Made by a program: the position numbers and the translations under genes. Under the pieces are notes generated by a model. The model did no database searches and was not told the DNA's origin. It worked only from the letters and a program-made list of their open reading frames with translations. Positions 1 to 17,072 of a stretch of DNA of 64,000 nucleotides are shown here, in pieces (the first letter of the stretch is position 1; each line of letters begins with the position of its first letter). Source of the DNA: the human T2T-CHM13v2.0 reference genome, Homo sapiens; assembly GCF_009914755.1 (NCBI RefSeq), contig NC_060937.1. One strand, written 5' to 3'.

Positions 1-340
1 TATTTCAGTGCGGGCTCTTGGATTCCTACTTCATTCAATGGATTATAATGTTACTATATTTATTTTGATACTCAAATGACAGTGGGATCCCGTTGAAGGT
101 GGTTCCCATGTCCTTTTCACATGTCCTCACCATTTGTTTAGTACTTTCTTACTTCCTGGCACAAGAAGATGTTCTAGGCTCATCTGGTCCTTTTTCTGCC
201 CCAGCCCTGGAATCAGCCATTTCTCTAAGGACCCCAGTTCCTTTTAATGGCAAATGGTACTTAGAAACTAAACTTTGGTTGCTAGGTGTGCATATTGCTA
301 TTGGGGTGTTGCTGCTCCCAATTCTCTCAGGCCTTTCAAG
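1..340 (-). mobile_element. Old L1M (L1MC/ME-like) 3' region fragment
   Basis: Motifs such as 'cttcctggcacaagaagatgttctaggctcatc' and 'ggaatcagccatttctctaagga' resemble the reverse strand of old mammalian L1 3' ends. Confidence 0.55.
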
Positions 341-759
341 CCCTTTCTTTATCGTTTAAGAAAATTACCCATTTGTCACTTGTGTTGCAAGTAGCTTTTC
401 TCAGTGGGAAGTTTTTGTTTTGACTTTATTTATGATGATTTTTTTCCTGTTCGGAAATAATTGGTCATTTTGCAGCCCAATTTGCCCACCATTCTTGTTT
501 TGCTTCTGGGATTAATTTATTAGCCATTCCACACTTCAGAGTTAAAACATTTTCCCAATGTTTTCTTCTAATTCTTTCCTAGAAAAATATTTTTAAAAAA
601 ATCTTAAAGTGCACATACTTTTATGTTGGTGAAGAAAAAAATTGGGTTTCATTTAGAGAGCAAGCTCAGTGCCACAGACTGATTCACTGTCTGAGGAAAA
701 CCAAAGACAGATCCAATTTTTTGGATATGTAAGCATTTTGTGAACGGTTCTAGGAGCTC

Positions 760-950
760 CTTATCCAAACTAGTGGTTTTCTTACCCTGGTTGACAATTA
801 TCACGACCTTGGGAAATTTTCTCAAACATGCTGGTACCCAGTATCCACCACACAAAGCAATTGAATCAGAACCTCTAGGGATTGCTGGGTAAGGGCTTTT
901 TTTAAGTGCTACAGGTGATTCTAATGTGCTGCCAAGACTGAGAACCACTC
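760..950. mobile_element. MER5-type hAT-Charlie MITE
   Basis: Ends 'ctagtggttttc' ... 'caggtgattctaatgtgctgccaagactgagaaccact', typical of MER5. Confidence 0.6.
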
Positions 951-1369
951 ATCTAATTACACATCCTCACACTTGTCTAAAATTCTACCATGAGTAACTG
1001 TTTCCTTCAGACTAAAGAATTCCTTTTTGGTTATTTCCTTTCTTGGTTATCTTCTTTTAAAACATATTTTTTTTCCAAAGATTTAATACATCAAGTTTCT
1101 AATAATTTAGACTAGTGAGTTTAGCAGACTTCTAAAATGAAGACACAAGCATTAAAGTTATAGTTATGCATGTGTGGAAACTACACTTGCAGCACACCCA
1201 CTGTCCTGCGCTGGTTGTACACAGAAGGCAGCAGCTACCTAGGTAAAGGTGATATGGGTGGAAATGTTAATAGGAAGAAGCTTTGCCTTCAGAATAATCT
1301 CAAGGGGAACACTTAACCATACATTTGGAATTTTTTAAAACAAGAGCAAGCTGCAAGTTACGTGATGTT

Positions 1370-1560
1370 AAAAATATGACCCATTATCTGAGTGATTATG
1401 AGCAAGTTACTTTACTTTGAAGAGCCTCAGTTTCCTTATTCACAAAAATGAAGCTGATATTAATACCTCTTTCATGAGATTGTTGTGAGAATTACATCAG
1501 ATCGTAAAGGTAAAGCCCTTTACATGTACATCACATAGAAAATACTCAGTAAGTGGTTGT
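1370..1560 (+). mobile_element. MIR SINE fragment
   Basis: 'gagcaagttact...agcctcagtttccttatt...aaaatg...ttgttgtgagaatta' MIR core. Confidence 0.65.
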
Positions 1561-2811
1561 CTTTAAATAAAGAATAGCTACTTTCACTCCTAGCCAGTAC
1601 CACTTCTAACAGATAACTTTTTCTGCATAAATCAAATTGCACATTGGCTTAAATTTTCTTCTTGAGTGGCCTGTATATAATATTCGGTAGTATCACTATT
1701 TAATATTAATCTCAGAATAAGAGTTTTGAGCTGAGACAGTTTTTTTTTTTTTTTGGTAATGAGTATGCATTTGTGATTTCTAAGGAAAATTCAGTAAAGG
1801 GAAAACATATATTTAAAATAGGTTGAATAGTTAAATTTTTCATCCTAATTGTTGGAATTATTTGGGGGTGACGAATGAGTCCAAAATTATAAATAATTCT
1901 AAAATTGTTTATTGCATGAAATTTCTAGTGCTGTAACTCTTGCATTGTCATGTGTATGTATCATACATTCTGGAAAAAGTAATGTCAGAACATGAGGCAA
2001 TCATGGATGTTACTGAACATGGATATTTATTATGGCATTTAAATTAATATTACAAATAAAATAGTAGGTGACCTTATTTTACCTGATGTATTTTAAGAGT
2101 CAGCCGACCTGTGACAGTTTGAAATAATAGACAAAGCATCTCAGAAATAGGCTCAGAATTATGTAGCCTGAGGCATGCACAATTTCCTATGGTGTCAAGT
2201 AAAATGAATATGAAGTACATCCTTAAGAAGTAGAAACAAAAACTGATAGCCCCTACAAAGGGGGAATTCTCTTAAGCTTTATATATATATGAAAAATCTA
2301 TCAACATAGTTCTTTTGTTTAAAGGAAAGTGATGGTTTAAGTAAACTGTATTTATATACTCATCAATTCTCCTTATAAAGATCTTCCACAGGGAAATTTT
2401 TGCACCTGTTAATCGGTTCCAAGACACAGTCAGTTGACAGAGTTTATATTGATGCCTAAACCAGGCCACAGGTTGGAGGGGTTGGGAGAATATTTGCTTC
2501 CAGCCAATAAATTTTTATTAAGCCTCCAGAATGAATTAGCTCTATATTAGGGACTGAGATAACTATGGGATTGTATAATATAATAAAGGATATGTGAAAT
2601 ATGAGATAATGATAACTTTTTTTTTTCTAAACTAAAGAGAGAGATTTATTTGGATTGAAGTAGTCAAGGAAAGCTTTGTAAGATAGGACCTGACTTGGAA
2701 CCTAAAGTGTCCGGACAGATGGAAGTGGAGGAAAGAGAAAGAAAGCATTCCAGGAAGATCAATGTGTAGATGTAAACTTAGAGGTGAGAATAAGCAAGTA
2801 GTGTGTGGGGG

Positions 2812-3330
2812 CTATATTCATTTGTTTTTGCTATGTAACAAATCATCTCCCAACGTAGTGACTGAAAACAAAGGCCATCTGCCATTGTCCATTATTGTAA
2901 GATTGGATGGGTGATTCTGCTGATCTGGGACAGGCTCTGTGGATGTTAGTTGGACTTGCTATCAGTTGGGATGCAGTTAGCTGGAAGGTCAGGCAGGGGT
3001 GGGCTGGTCTGGAGTAACTCACATGTTAGGCTCATTGGCTGGTTGTTGGCTGGTTGTTGGTTGGTTGTTGGCCGAAGTACCTCAGCTCACCTCTGTTTAT
3101 TCTCTCATCTTCCAATTGCCTGGTCTGTGCTTGTTCTCCTCACATGGTAGGGATTCAAGGGAGCAAGAGCAGAAGTGTTCCAAAGTCTCTTGAGGTGTAC
3201 CTGGCACACTATCACTTTTTGCTAAATTCTATTAGTGAAAGCATATCACAAGGCCAGCCTGGATTCCAGCGGTAGAGACTTAAATGGGAGGAGCTGCAAA
3301 GTCACATCATAAAGGATACAGGGAAGGCTA
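2812..3330 (-). mobile_element. MLT1 (ERVL-MaLR) LTR
   Basis: 'gctatgtaacaaatcatctcccaa...' and 'cacaaggccagcctggattc...ttaaatgggaggagctgcaaagtcacat' MLT1 motifs. Confidence 0.6.
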
Positions 3331-5544
3331 CTTTCGCAATCTTCCGCATGGGCCATCTCACTGAAGTATAGAGGATATGAAAAATAATAGAGCAATTCTC
3401 TAGGAAGATTAGTTTGGCAATAGTTCACAGAGATATGAGAATTCATGGAAGAGACTGAAATTAAGGAGATATCAGGGGCTGCATCAGTAAACCTGGTGAG
3501 AGGTATTAGGACCATGACAAGGATGGAGGCAGTACTGTAAGAATTTTTGTTGTTTTGTTAAAAGTAACTACGACATAAATGGTTTCATCCCTTTGGAAAT
3601 ATTTGGGAGCATTTTTGAATTGATCTTGGCTCACAGTCATATGTTTCTGAATTGTGTCTTTTCCTGTCTGTATCTTTGGGCTGCAGCCTGTCTGGGGTCT
3701 TTGGTTGATCATGAGCACACATTGTGCTGACTCCCCCAAACAATACCATATATCCAGCAAATCTGCTGGTGTGAGCACTTTGGGTACACATTCATCAGCA
3801 TTCAGCTGTTCAACAACCGAAAGATTTTTTTATGGTGTTTACACTCTCCTGAGTGGAAAGGGTTTCCCAGGAGATTTGAAACAATATTCCAGTCTTGGTT
3901 TCTTGGATCCTGTCTGCAACTTCAAGAATTGGTATTCAAATGCTGAAACTGTTAAGTAACTTGTTTCATTCCTTTGTTGGTGGGACTGTCCCAGCGTGAT
4001 GTTATCAGCTATGAGGTGCTAGATACCATCCTGAATTAACCTTAACTCTACTTAGAGCAATAAATGATAGTGTTACTGCTTTTGGCAACTGCAGATATCA
4101 CTTCAGGTTAAAAAGGGGAAGTGTATTTATAAAAATCCTTAGACTTATAGAACAAGTAACTTTCACAAGAATTAAACAAAATAAAGATCATACTGATTTT
4201 TAAAAGTATTTTATATTTCTTCAGGAAGTCTGAAGAAAAATGTAATAATTGAGTTAGGTCTTGAAGAGATCTTGAGAGGTCACTCTGAGAATACCTGTCT
4301 TAGAAGAGAAAAATTAGCTAATACCAAGTAAAGATTTCAGATACTCATCATACTTTCCAAATTGATTAAAAAATTTATTGCTTTAATAACTCAAAGTTCA
4401 ATTGTTATTACCTACCCTGATACTCTTTTCAAATGGCCACATTGTTTTGTTCTAATGATTTTGCTTTTCCAAAGACCGTAAATCTTATATGCAAAATTTA
4501 ATTGCTTCCCATGAAGGAAAGAGGAGATGACGGAAATGCCTAGTGTGGGGCTCCAGAAAAACAATGAATTTATCTCTATTTCTGTCTGTTGAAATGTTTT
4601 AAGGTTAATAATTGGGAATTGCTCATTTTAAAGCCACATTGCATTAAAAAAAAGACACATGCTTCCTGCTGATAGGATTTTCAGACTGCCTAGGGTTTAT
4701 TATAATTTTGTGAGAGAAAAGTCTTAATAGCTCAGTGATCAAATACATTATAAAATAATTTTAGAAAACCAAAGTATTTATAATTTTTCTAATTGTTCCT
4801 TGTAAATTTCACTTTCCCCTCTTGTACAGTTATGCTATCAGGATTTAGAATTTTAAATTGCATCTTTCATTCATTTTACAACAGTATGATGAACGTTTTA
4901 TCTTCCCTGGGAATTATTATTTCCAGAGGTAATAAGAACAGTCATCTGTTATATGGTCTGCATTTCTTGAGTTGTTTTCTGTGCTTTTTGTTGTCAGCTT
5001 AACAAAATTAATTAGATTAATTCCCTAAATTCTAGAGAATATTATTAGATATCAATTAAGCATTTATAAATGGTAATTTTAGATAGTAGTTTTATAGACT
5101 AATATTAAAAGAAAGTAAACTTACCTAGATTCATATATTTTAATGCTTAGTCTTTATCATACACCCCAAATTTTATGAATATTTTCATTGTTTTTTGTAG
5201 GTGTCTAGTAAAAAGTTGTTTGTATGTATTTTGAATAAAATTTTAGCTGACCTTCTTGTTTGTTTATCTATATTTTCAAATAGATCTAGGTACTGGTATA
5301 TCCTCCAAAAAATTAAAACCACACACACATACATGCCTAAAACAGATTGGTTGCTGATTCTAAATGCCTTGCTAGATGTCCACTTATTTTATGCTTTTAT
5401 TATTTTTAAAAAGTTATTCTTCAAAATAATGTTTAAAAGCCAACATGCACACAGTTTAACCAGTAAGTAAAATGATATACCCTGCCCCACTTCTCAGCAT
5501 CCAGTCTTACTCAACAGGGATACCAACTCAGCTCTTTTTAAGTC

Positions 5545-5856
5545 TTTGGTAGATAACATTTCCCAGGCTCCTTTGCAATTATTTGCAGCCAAGTTATTGA
5601 GTTTAGGCCAGTGGAATATGAGTAAAAGTAATGCAAGCCACTTCCAGGCCCATCAAAAATTTCCTCGATATTATTCCCAATTTCCCGCAAATGGAGGGGA
5701 CTCAGGGACCTAAAATAATGGATACTTGAATCACTGTTTGGAGGAGAGTTGGTCTCAAGAGTTGCTGTTGGACTGATGCATAAATGATAAACTTATTGTG
5801 CCAAAACACAGAGATTTAGGGATTTTTTTTATAGCAGTTAGCCCACCCTGACTAAT
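5545..5856 (+). mobile_element. MLT1 LTR fragment
   Basis: 'acatttcccaggctcctttgca...ccagtggaatatgag' and end 'tatagcagttagcccaccctgactaata'. Confidence 0.55.
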
Positions 5857-6544
5857 AGATATTTCTTGATCTACTGCCTTTGTTTGGTTTGTTTACTGTA
5901 TATCCTCTAGTAGCTTGCCAAAAAAATAGAAAGATACATGGTAGGTAACATTTCTAAATAATTACATTTTTGAAAATGTCTTTTTAAAATTCTCACACTT
6001 GATGCAATAATTTGACTGTTTGAAATATTGTTTTCTTCAAAATTTCAAAGACATTTCTTTAAGCTTTCGATATTGCTTTTTTCTTTCCCTTTGTTTTCTC
6101 TGCAATCTCCTTCTAGAAATCCTTTTACTCATATCTGGAACCTCTGGGCCTTATCAGCTTGTCTTATCTTTCTTGCTTTCAATCTATTTGTCTTTTGGTT
6201 CAACTTTCCTTATCTCTCTATCATCTTTAGCTCCCAGCTCTTCTACAGAATTATTTCTGCTGTATTATTTTTAATTTCCAAGAACTATTTTTATCTTCTG
6301 ATTATTTCCCTTCATCTTTTTCATGGATACAATACACAATATCTTTTCTCTCCTCTCTCAAAGTGTTATTGGTAATTTTTTAAAAACTTTTTTTTCTGCT
6401 TTCTTTATGTGCTCTAGATTTAGTTCTTGTTTCTTTCTTTTTCTCACATCGGAGAATTTCCTCATATACCTAGTGGTCCTTGGATGTTTCTTCATATTTA
6501 AGAGTGAAACTGTGAAAAGCTGACTAGTTTTTAATCAGCTTTTG

Positions 6545-7451
6545 TTTCTTAAATATTTGGCAGATTTTTCTAAGGGACTTAAATACTGGCAGATTTTTCT
6601 ATGGGTCTTCAAACAGTATTGGTGATCAGGGTATATTCAACATGCTTGGATGCCAGATTGTTTTCCCTGTAATGTTTCAGCCATTTTTACTCCACCAGAA
6701 AGAGCAAGTCATGAATTTTTTGCCTCTGCTATTATGCAAGAAAATTCAAAATCAGTTTCTAAAAATTTACCATCAAATTTAAAACAATGTTGTCCCAGGT
6801 TGAGTATTGTATGTCTTTAAATGTAATCAAAAAAGAGTAGAGGTTTGCTTCACGGTGATGCTTTGTTTTAAAAAGTCTTGCCAATCATGATGGCTTCACT
6901 AATATCCTAAGAAACAAAACACATTCATGTGGAAACAACATATAGGTAATTTAAAAAAATCATAGCCAGCTTCATTGCTAATATTAGTAGATGTAAATTC
7001 ATAGCTCACAAAGTCTTATTCATAATTTTGATTTATTTTGACCAACTTGGAGTCAGATCTTGGAATCACTGTTTTGACTTCCCTATGTGAAGGGAGTAGT
7101 GGAAATGTTTTCACTGCTACTTTATTGTTCACTTGTATTTATATACCTAGTATTACTTTTGATCAGTGGTTTGTTTGTAGGATCCTTTTAAGCTAATTGT
7201 TCATTTTATGAATGTTAGTTAATGCTAGATAATATAATATCCATTAAACAATATGTTATAACTGCAATATGTGGCTATAAGTTGAAATTTGACAGGAGAA
7301 AAAGTGCCACTGTCAATGCCTCCAAGTTCCAGAATGTCACACTGCCTTTAAAATTCCTTTCATATTATACCTCTCAAGCATGCACTAGACAGAGCGGGTG
7401 AAGGTGCCAGCGTTGTTCTCTGTGTTACATTAGCAAAGTTTAATTTCCAAC
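6545..7451 (-). mobile_element. hAT-Charlie DNA transposon fossil (5' part, degraded transposase N-terminus); probably continues right of the L1 at ~13630-13735
   Basis: Minus-strand hand translation gives VKPS*LARLFKTKH, IIAEAKN, VKMAETLQGKQ, NTV*RPIE, matching the Charlie/Buster motifs KPSKLxRHLxTKH ... LSNNTVxRRI. Confidence 0.6.
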
Positions 7452-7683
7452 TTATTTTTTATTTATTTATTTTTATTATTATACTTTAAGTTTTAGGGTA
7501 CATGTGCACAATGTGCAGGTTAGTTACATATGTATACGTGTGACATGCTGGTGCGCTGCACCCACTAACTCGTCATCTAGCATTAGGTATATCTCCCAAT
7601 GCTATCCCTCCACCCCTCCCCCCATCCCATAACGGTCCCCAGAGTGTGATGTTCCCCTTCCTGTGTCCATGTATTCCCATTGT

Positions 7684-11524
<3,841 letters not shown>

Positions 11525-11572
11525 TTATTTTGCTCGTTAGTTGATGCAGTGTCTTCCTAGTCTCGATGGTCT

Positions 11573-12586
11573 TTACATTTTGGCATGATTTTGCAGTGGC
11601 TGGTACCGGTTGTTCCTTTCCATGTTTAGTGCTTCCTTCAGGAGCTCTTTTAGGGCAGGCCTGGTGGTGACAAAATCTCTCAGCATTTGCTTGTCTGTAA
11701 AGTATTTTATTTCTCCTTCACTTATGAAGCTTAGTTTGGCTGGATATGAAATTCTGAGTTGAAAATTCTTTTCTTTAAGAATGTTGAATATTGGCCTCCA
11801 CTCTCTTCTGGCTTGTAGAGTTTCTGCTGAGAGATCCACTGTTAGTCTGATGGGCTTCCCTTTGTCGGTAATCCGACCTTTCTCTCTGGCTACCCTTAAC
11901 ATTTTTTCCTTCATTTCAACTTTGGTGAATCTGACAATTATGTGTCTTGGAGTTGCTCTTCTCGAGGAGTATCTTTGTGGCGTTCTCTGTATTTCCTGAA
12001 TCTGAATGTCGGCCTGCCTTGCTAGATTGGGGAAGTTCTCCTGGATAATATCCTGCAGAGTGTTTTCCAACTTTGTTCCATTCTCCCCGTCACTTTCAGG
12101 TACACCAATCAGACGTAGATTTGGTCTTTTCACATAGCCCCATATTTCTTGGAGGCTATTTTCATTTCTTTTTATTCTTTTTCCTCTGAACTTCCCTTCT
12201 CACTTCATTTCATTCATTTCATCTTCCATCGCTGATACCCTTTCTTCCAGTTGATCGCATCGGCTCCTGAGGCTTCTGCATTCTTCACGTAGTTCTGGAG
12301 CCTTGGCTTTCAGCTCCATCAGCTCCTTTAAGCACTTCTCTGTATTGGTTATTCTAGTTATACATTTGTCTAAATTTTTTTCAAAGTTTTTAACTTCTTT
12401 GCCTTTGGTTTGAATTTCCTCCTGTAGCTCGTAGTTTGATCATCTGAAGCCTTCTTCTCTCAACTCGTCAAAGTCATTCTCCATCCAGCTTTGTTCTATT
12501 GCTGGTGAGGAACTGCGATCCTTTGGAGGAGGAGAGGTGCTCTGCTTTTTAGAGTTTCCAGTTTTTCTGCTCTGTTTTTTCCCCAT
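11573..12586 (-). pseudogene. ORF1: L1 ORF1p with in-frame premature stops (CGA>TGA at 12440 and ~12200)
   Basis: MGKKQSRKTGNSK start at 12586; C-terminus ...NMERNNRYQPLQNHAKM in the same frame. Confidence 0.92.
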
Positions 12587-13169
12587 CTTTGTGGTTTTAC
12601 CTACTTTTGGTCTTTGATGATGGTGATGTACAGATGGGTTTTTGGTGTGGATGTCCTTTCTGTTTGTTAGTTTTCCTTCTAACACACAGTACCCTCAGCT
12701 GCAGGTCTGTTGGAGTTTGCTAGAGGTCTACTCCAGACCCTGTTTGCCTGGGTATCAGCAGCGGTGTCTGCAGAACAGTGGTTTTTCGTGAACTGCGAAT
12801 GCTGCTGTCTGATCGTTCTTCTGGAAGTTTTGTCTCAGAGGAGTACCCGGCCCTGTGAGGCGTCAGTCTGCCCCTACTGGGGGGTGCCTCCCAGTTAGGC
12901 TGCTCAGGGGTCAGGGGTCAGGGACCCACTTGAGGAGGCAGTCTGCCCGTTCTCAGATCTCCAGCTGTGAGCTGGGAGAACCACTGCTCTCTTCAAAGCT
13001 GTCAGACAGGGACATTTAAGACTGCAGAGGTTACTGCTGTCTTTTTGTTTGTCTGTGCCCTGCCTACAGAGGTAGAGCCTACAGAGGCAGGCAGGCCTCC
13101 TTGAGCTGTGGTGGGCTCCACCCAGTTGGAGCTTCCGGGCTGCTTTGTTTACCTAAGCAAGCCTGGGCA

Positions 13170-13654
13170 ATGGCGGGCGCCACCCCCCAGCCTCGCTGCT
13201 TCCTTGCAGTTTGATCTCAGACTGCTGTGCTAGCAATCAGCAAGACCCCGTGGGCGTAGGACCCTCTGAGACAGGTGCAGGATATAATCTCCTGGTGCGC
13301 CGTTTTTTAAGCCCGTCAGAAAAGTGCAGTATTTGGGTGGGAGTGACCCGATTTTCCAGGTGCCATCTGTCACCCCTTTCTTTGACTAGGAAAGGGAACT
13401 CCCTGACCCCTTGTGCTTCCCAAGTGAGGCAATGCCTCGCCCTGCTTCGGCTCGCGCACGGTGCACTGCACCCACTGACCTGCGCCCGCTGTCTGTCACT
13501 CCCTAGTGAGATGAACCCAGTACCTCAGATGGAAATGCAGAAATCACCCGTCTTCTGCGTCGCTCACGCTGGGAGCTGTGGACCGGAGCTGTACCTATTC
13601 AGCCATCTTGGCTCCTCCCTCACTCCTACTTTTTTAATAAAGCAGTTTTTATAA
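13170..13654 (+). pseudogene. ORF0: L1 antisense ORF0 homolog, frameshifted just after its ATG
   Basis: ATG GCG GGC GCC at 13170; the ISDCCASNQQDPVGVGPSE...RRFLS body is in the 13211 frame, 41 nt downstream and therefore out of frame. Confidence 0.75.
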
Positions 13655-13736
13655 AAATTACAAGTTCTAATATTGTCTTCCATCACTCCTATGGAATGTT
13701 TTCATGTCTGCCCTGGAGACGAGTCCACTCTAAACC

Positions 13737-13898
13737 ATTGCTCTTCACGGTATGGTCCACATACCAGCTGATTGAGCATCCTTCAGAAGACTCCTAGAAA
13801 TGCAATATTCAGGCCCCTCCCCAAACCCACTGCATCAGAATCTGCAAAGCTAGATATCCAGGATAATCATACATACGTTAAAGTGTCATAAACACTGA
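13737..13898. mobile_element. MER5-type MITE
   Basis: 'tagaaatgcaatattcaggcccctccccaaacccactgcatcagaatct...aaacactg'. Confidence 0.6.
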
Positions 13899-14516
13899 AC
13901 TAGAATAAACTTCTGTCCCAGGTGGTAGAAGCCTGGATGTTGGCATTCTGAACACAGGGTCGGGGCTTGAAGATTCACCTTTCTTGTGCAGTCTTCCTTT
14001 TAATGCTCTTGCTTTCAGCTCTACGACTCACTCTCAGCAGAGGCTCTGTCCAGTGTTTCCCAAACCACCACCTTTTCCTGGTCAATTTCTTCAGTAATGG
14101 AATTTGCATAGAGGCATCATGGTTTTTTGAACCTCAGTGCCTTCACACAGACTTTTTCTGCTTTCCTCTGCCTGACATTTTTTCTCCCTCCTTCTCTCCT
14201 TCACATTGCCAACCCCTATTTGTCCTTCCAAGACCCAGTTCAAGTGGCAGGTCTCAGAAACATTTTCTCTGGCCTAACCCCCTCACCATCCCTTACCAAT
14301 ACAAACTCATGAACAACAGAAATGCCTCTTTGGGGGCACTTATATTTCCCCATGTTTACCTCTATCTTTTCATAGGACTTAGTAATTGCTACTTTATCTC
14401 TATCTTCAACTAAACTGTAAGCATTTAATGGCCTTTACTTCCCCAATACTCAGCACAAGGCCTGGCACATATAGGAAGTTCTCACTATATATCTGTCAAA
14501 TAAAAGGATGTGTCTG

Positions 14517-14861
<345 letters not shown>

Positions 14862-15045
14862 TCATCTGCAGTTGAAGCACAAATATCCTATAAAAGTGTC
14901 TTCATTTATGTCCCAGCAGTATGGAGAATTTATCCAGCCTTCTTTTGCTCTGGGCAGCATTTCTACCATCTCTGGTTTCTGATTTGATATCTCATATCTA
15001 CAGTTGCTCTCTCAGCTTGAACCTTTTGGATTGAAACCAGTTAAG

Positions 15046-15342
<297 letters not shown>

Positions 15343-16567
15343 GTCATATGTAGGAAGCTGAAACTGGATCCCTTCCTTACACTTTATACAAAAATTAATT
15401 TGAGATGGATTCAAGACTTAAATGTTAGACCTAAAACCATAAAAACCCTAGAAGAAAACCCAGGCAATACCATTCAGGACATAGGCATGGGCAAGGACTT
15501 CATGTCTAAAACACCAAAAGCAATGGCAACAAAAGCCAAAATTGACAAATGGGATCTAGTTAAACTAAAGAGCTTCTGCACAGCAAAAGAAACTACCATG
15601 AGAGTGAAAAGGCAACCTACAGAATGGGAGAAAATTTTTGCAATCTACCCATCTGACAAAGGGGTAATATCCAGAATCTACAAAGAGCTTAAACAAATTT
15701 ACAAGAAAAAACCCCATCAAAAAGTGGGCAAAGGATATGAACATACACTTCTCAAAAGCAGACATTTATGCAGCCAACAGACACATGAAAAAATGCTCAT
15801 CATCACTGGCCATCAGAGAAATGCAAATCAAAACCACAGTGAGATACCATCTCACACAAGTTAGAATGACGATCATTAAAATGTCAGGAAACAACAGACA
15901 CTGGAGAGGATGTGGAGAAATAACGCTTTTACACTGTTGGTGGAAGTGTAAACTAGTTCAACCATTGTGTAAGACAGTGTGGTGATTCCTCAAGGATCTA
16001 GGCTAGAAATACCATTTGACCCCGCGATCCCATTACTGGGAGTATACCCAAAGGATTATAAATCATGCTGTTATAAAGACACATGTATACGTATGTTTAT
16101 TGTGGCACTATTCACAATAGCAAAGACTTGGAACCAACCCAAATGTCCATTAATGATAGACTGGGTTAAGAAAATGTGGCACATATACACCATGGAATAC
16201 TATGCAGCCATAAGAAAGGATGAGTTCATGTCCTTTGCAGGGACATGGATGAAGCTGAAAACCATTATTCTGAGCAAACTATCACAAGGACAGAAAAGCA
16301 AACACTGCATGTTCTTACTCGTAGGTGGGAACTGGACAATGAGAACACATGGACACAGGGTGGGGAACATCACACATCAGGGCCTGTCATGGGGTGGGGG
16401 GCGGGGGGAGGGATAGCATTGGAAGAAATACCTAATGTAAATGATGGGTTGATGGGTGCCACGGGCCAGCATGGCACACGTATACCTATGTAACGAGCCT
16501 GCACATTGTTCACATGTACCCTAGAACTTAAAGTATAATAATAAAAATAAATAAAAACCAAAAAAAA
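15343..16567 (+). mobile_element. L1: 5'-truncated L1 (L1PA6/7-like), ORF2 C-terminus + 3'UTR + poly(A)
   Basis: ORF2 peptides [12 protein letters not shown]...; 3'UTR 'gaaatacctaatgtaaatgatgggttgatggg'. Confidence 0.9.
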
Positions 16568-16847
16568 GAAGCCAGTTAAGCTGCCTACCTTTCTTTTCCA
16601 CATTGACCCTGTATACTAATTCCTGACATAATTTCAGCACCAAAGAGCATACTTTTGTCATTTCAAGGATGTAGTAGAAATGAAATCATAAATGTTATCT
16701 TGGAGAACTGGCTTTTTTACTCAGCATAATTCTCTAGAGGTTCATGTAGTTATTACATATATCAATAGCTTGTTCCTTTTTGTTGCTGAGTAGTAGTCTT
16801 TGGTATGAATGCACCATATGTTTAACTCTTCATCCATTGAAGGACAT

Positions 16848-17023
16848 CCCCTCCCCTCCCCTCCCCTCCCCTCCAGTCCTCCTCCCCTCCCCTCCCCTCC
16901 CCTCCCCTCCCCTCCAGTCCTCCTCCCCTCCCCTCCTCCTCCCCTCCCCCTCCCCTCCCCCTCCCCTCCCCCTCCCCTCCCCCTCCCCTCCCCCTCCCCC
17001 TCCTCTACTCTTCTTTCTTTTCC

Positions 17024-17071
<48 letters not shown>

Positions 17072-17072
17072 T
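16848..17072. repeat. (CCCCT)n followed by (CTTT)n polypyrimidine simple repeat
   Basis: Read directly from the sequence. Confidence 0.95.

Noticed and set aside
3506-3959. Overlapping 68-101 aa ORFs in unique-looking DNA, with a possible splice acceptor at ~3685
   Set aside because: No recognisable protein family and no convincing donor site; I cannot support an exon.
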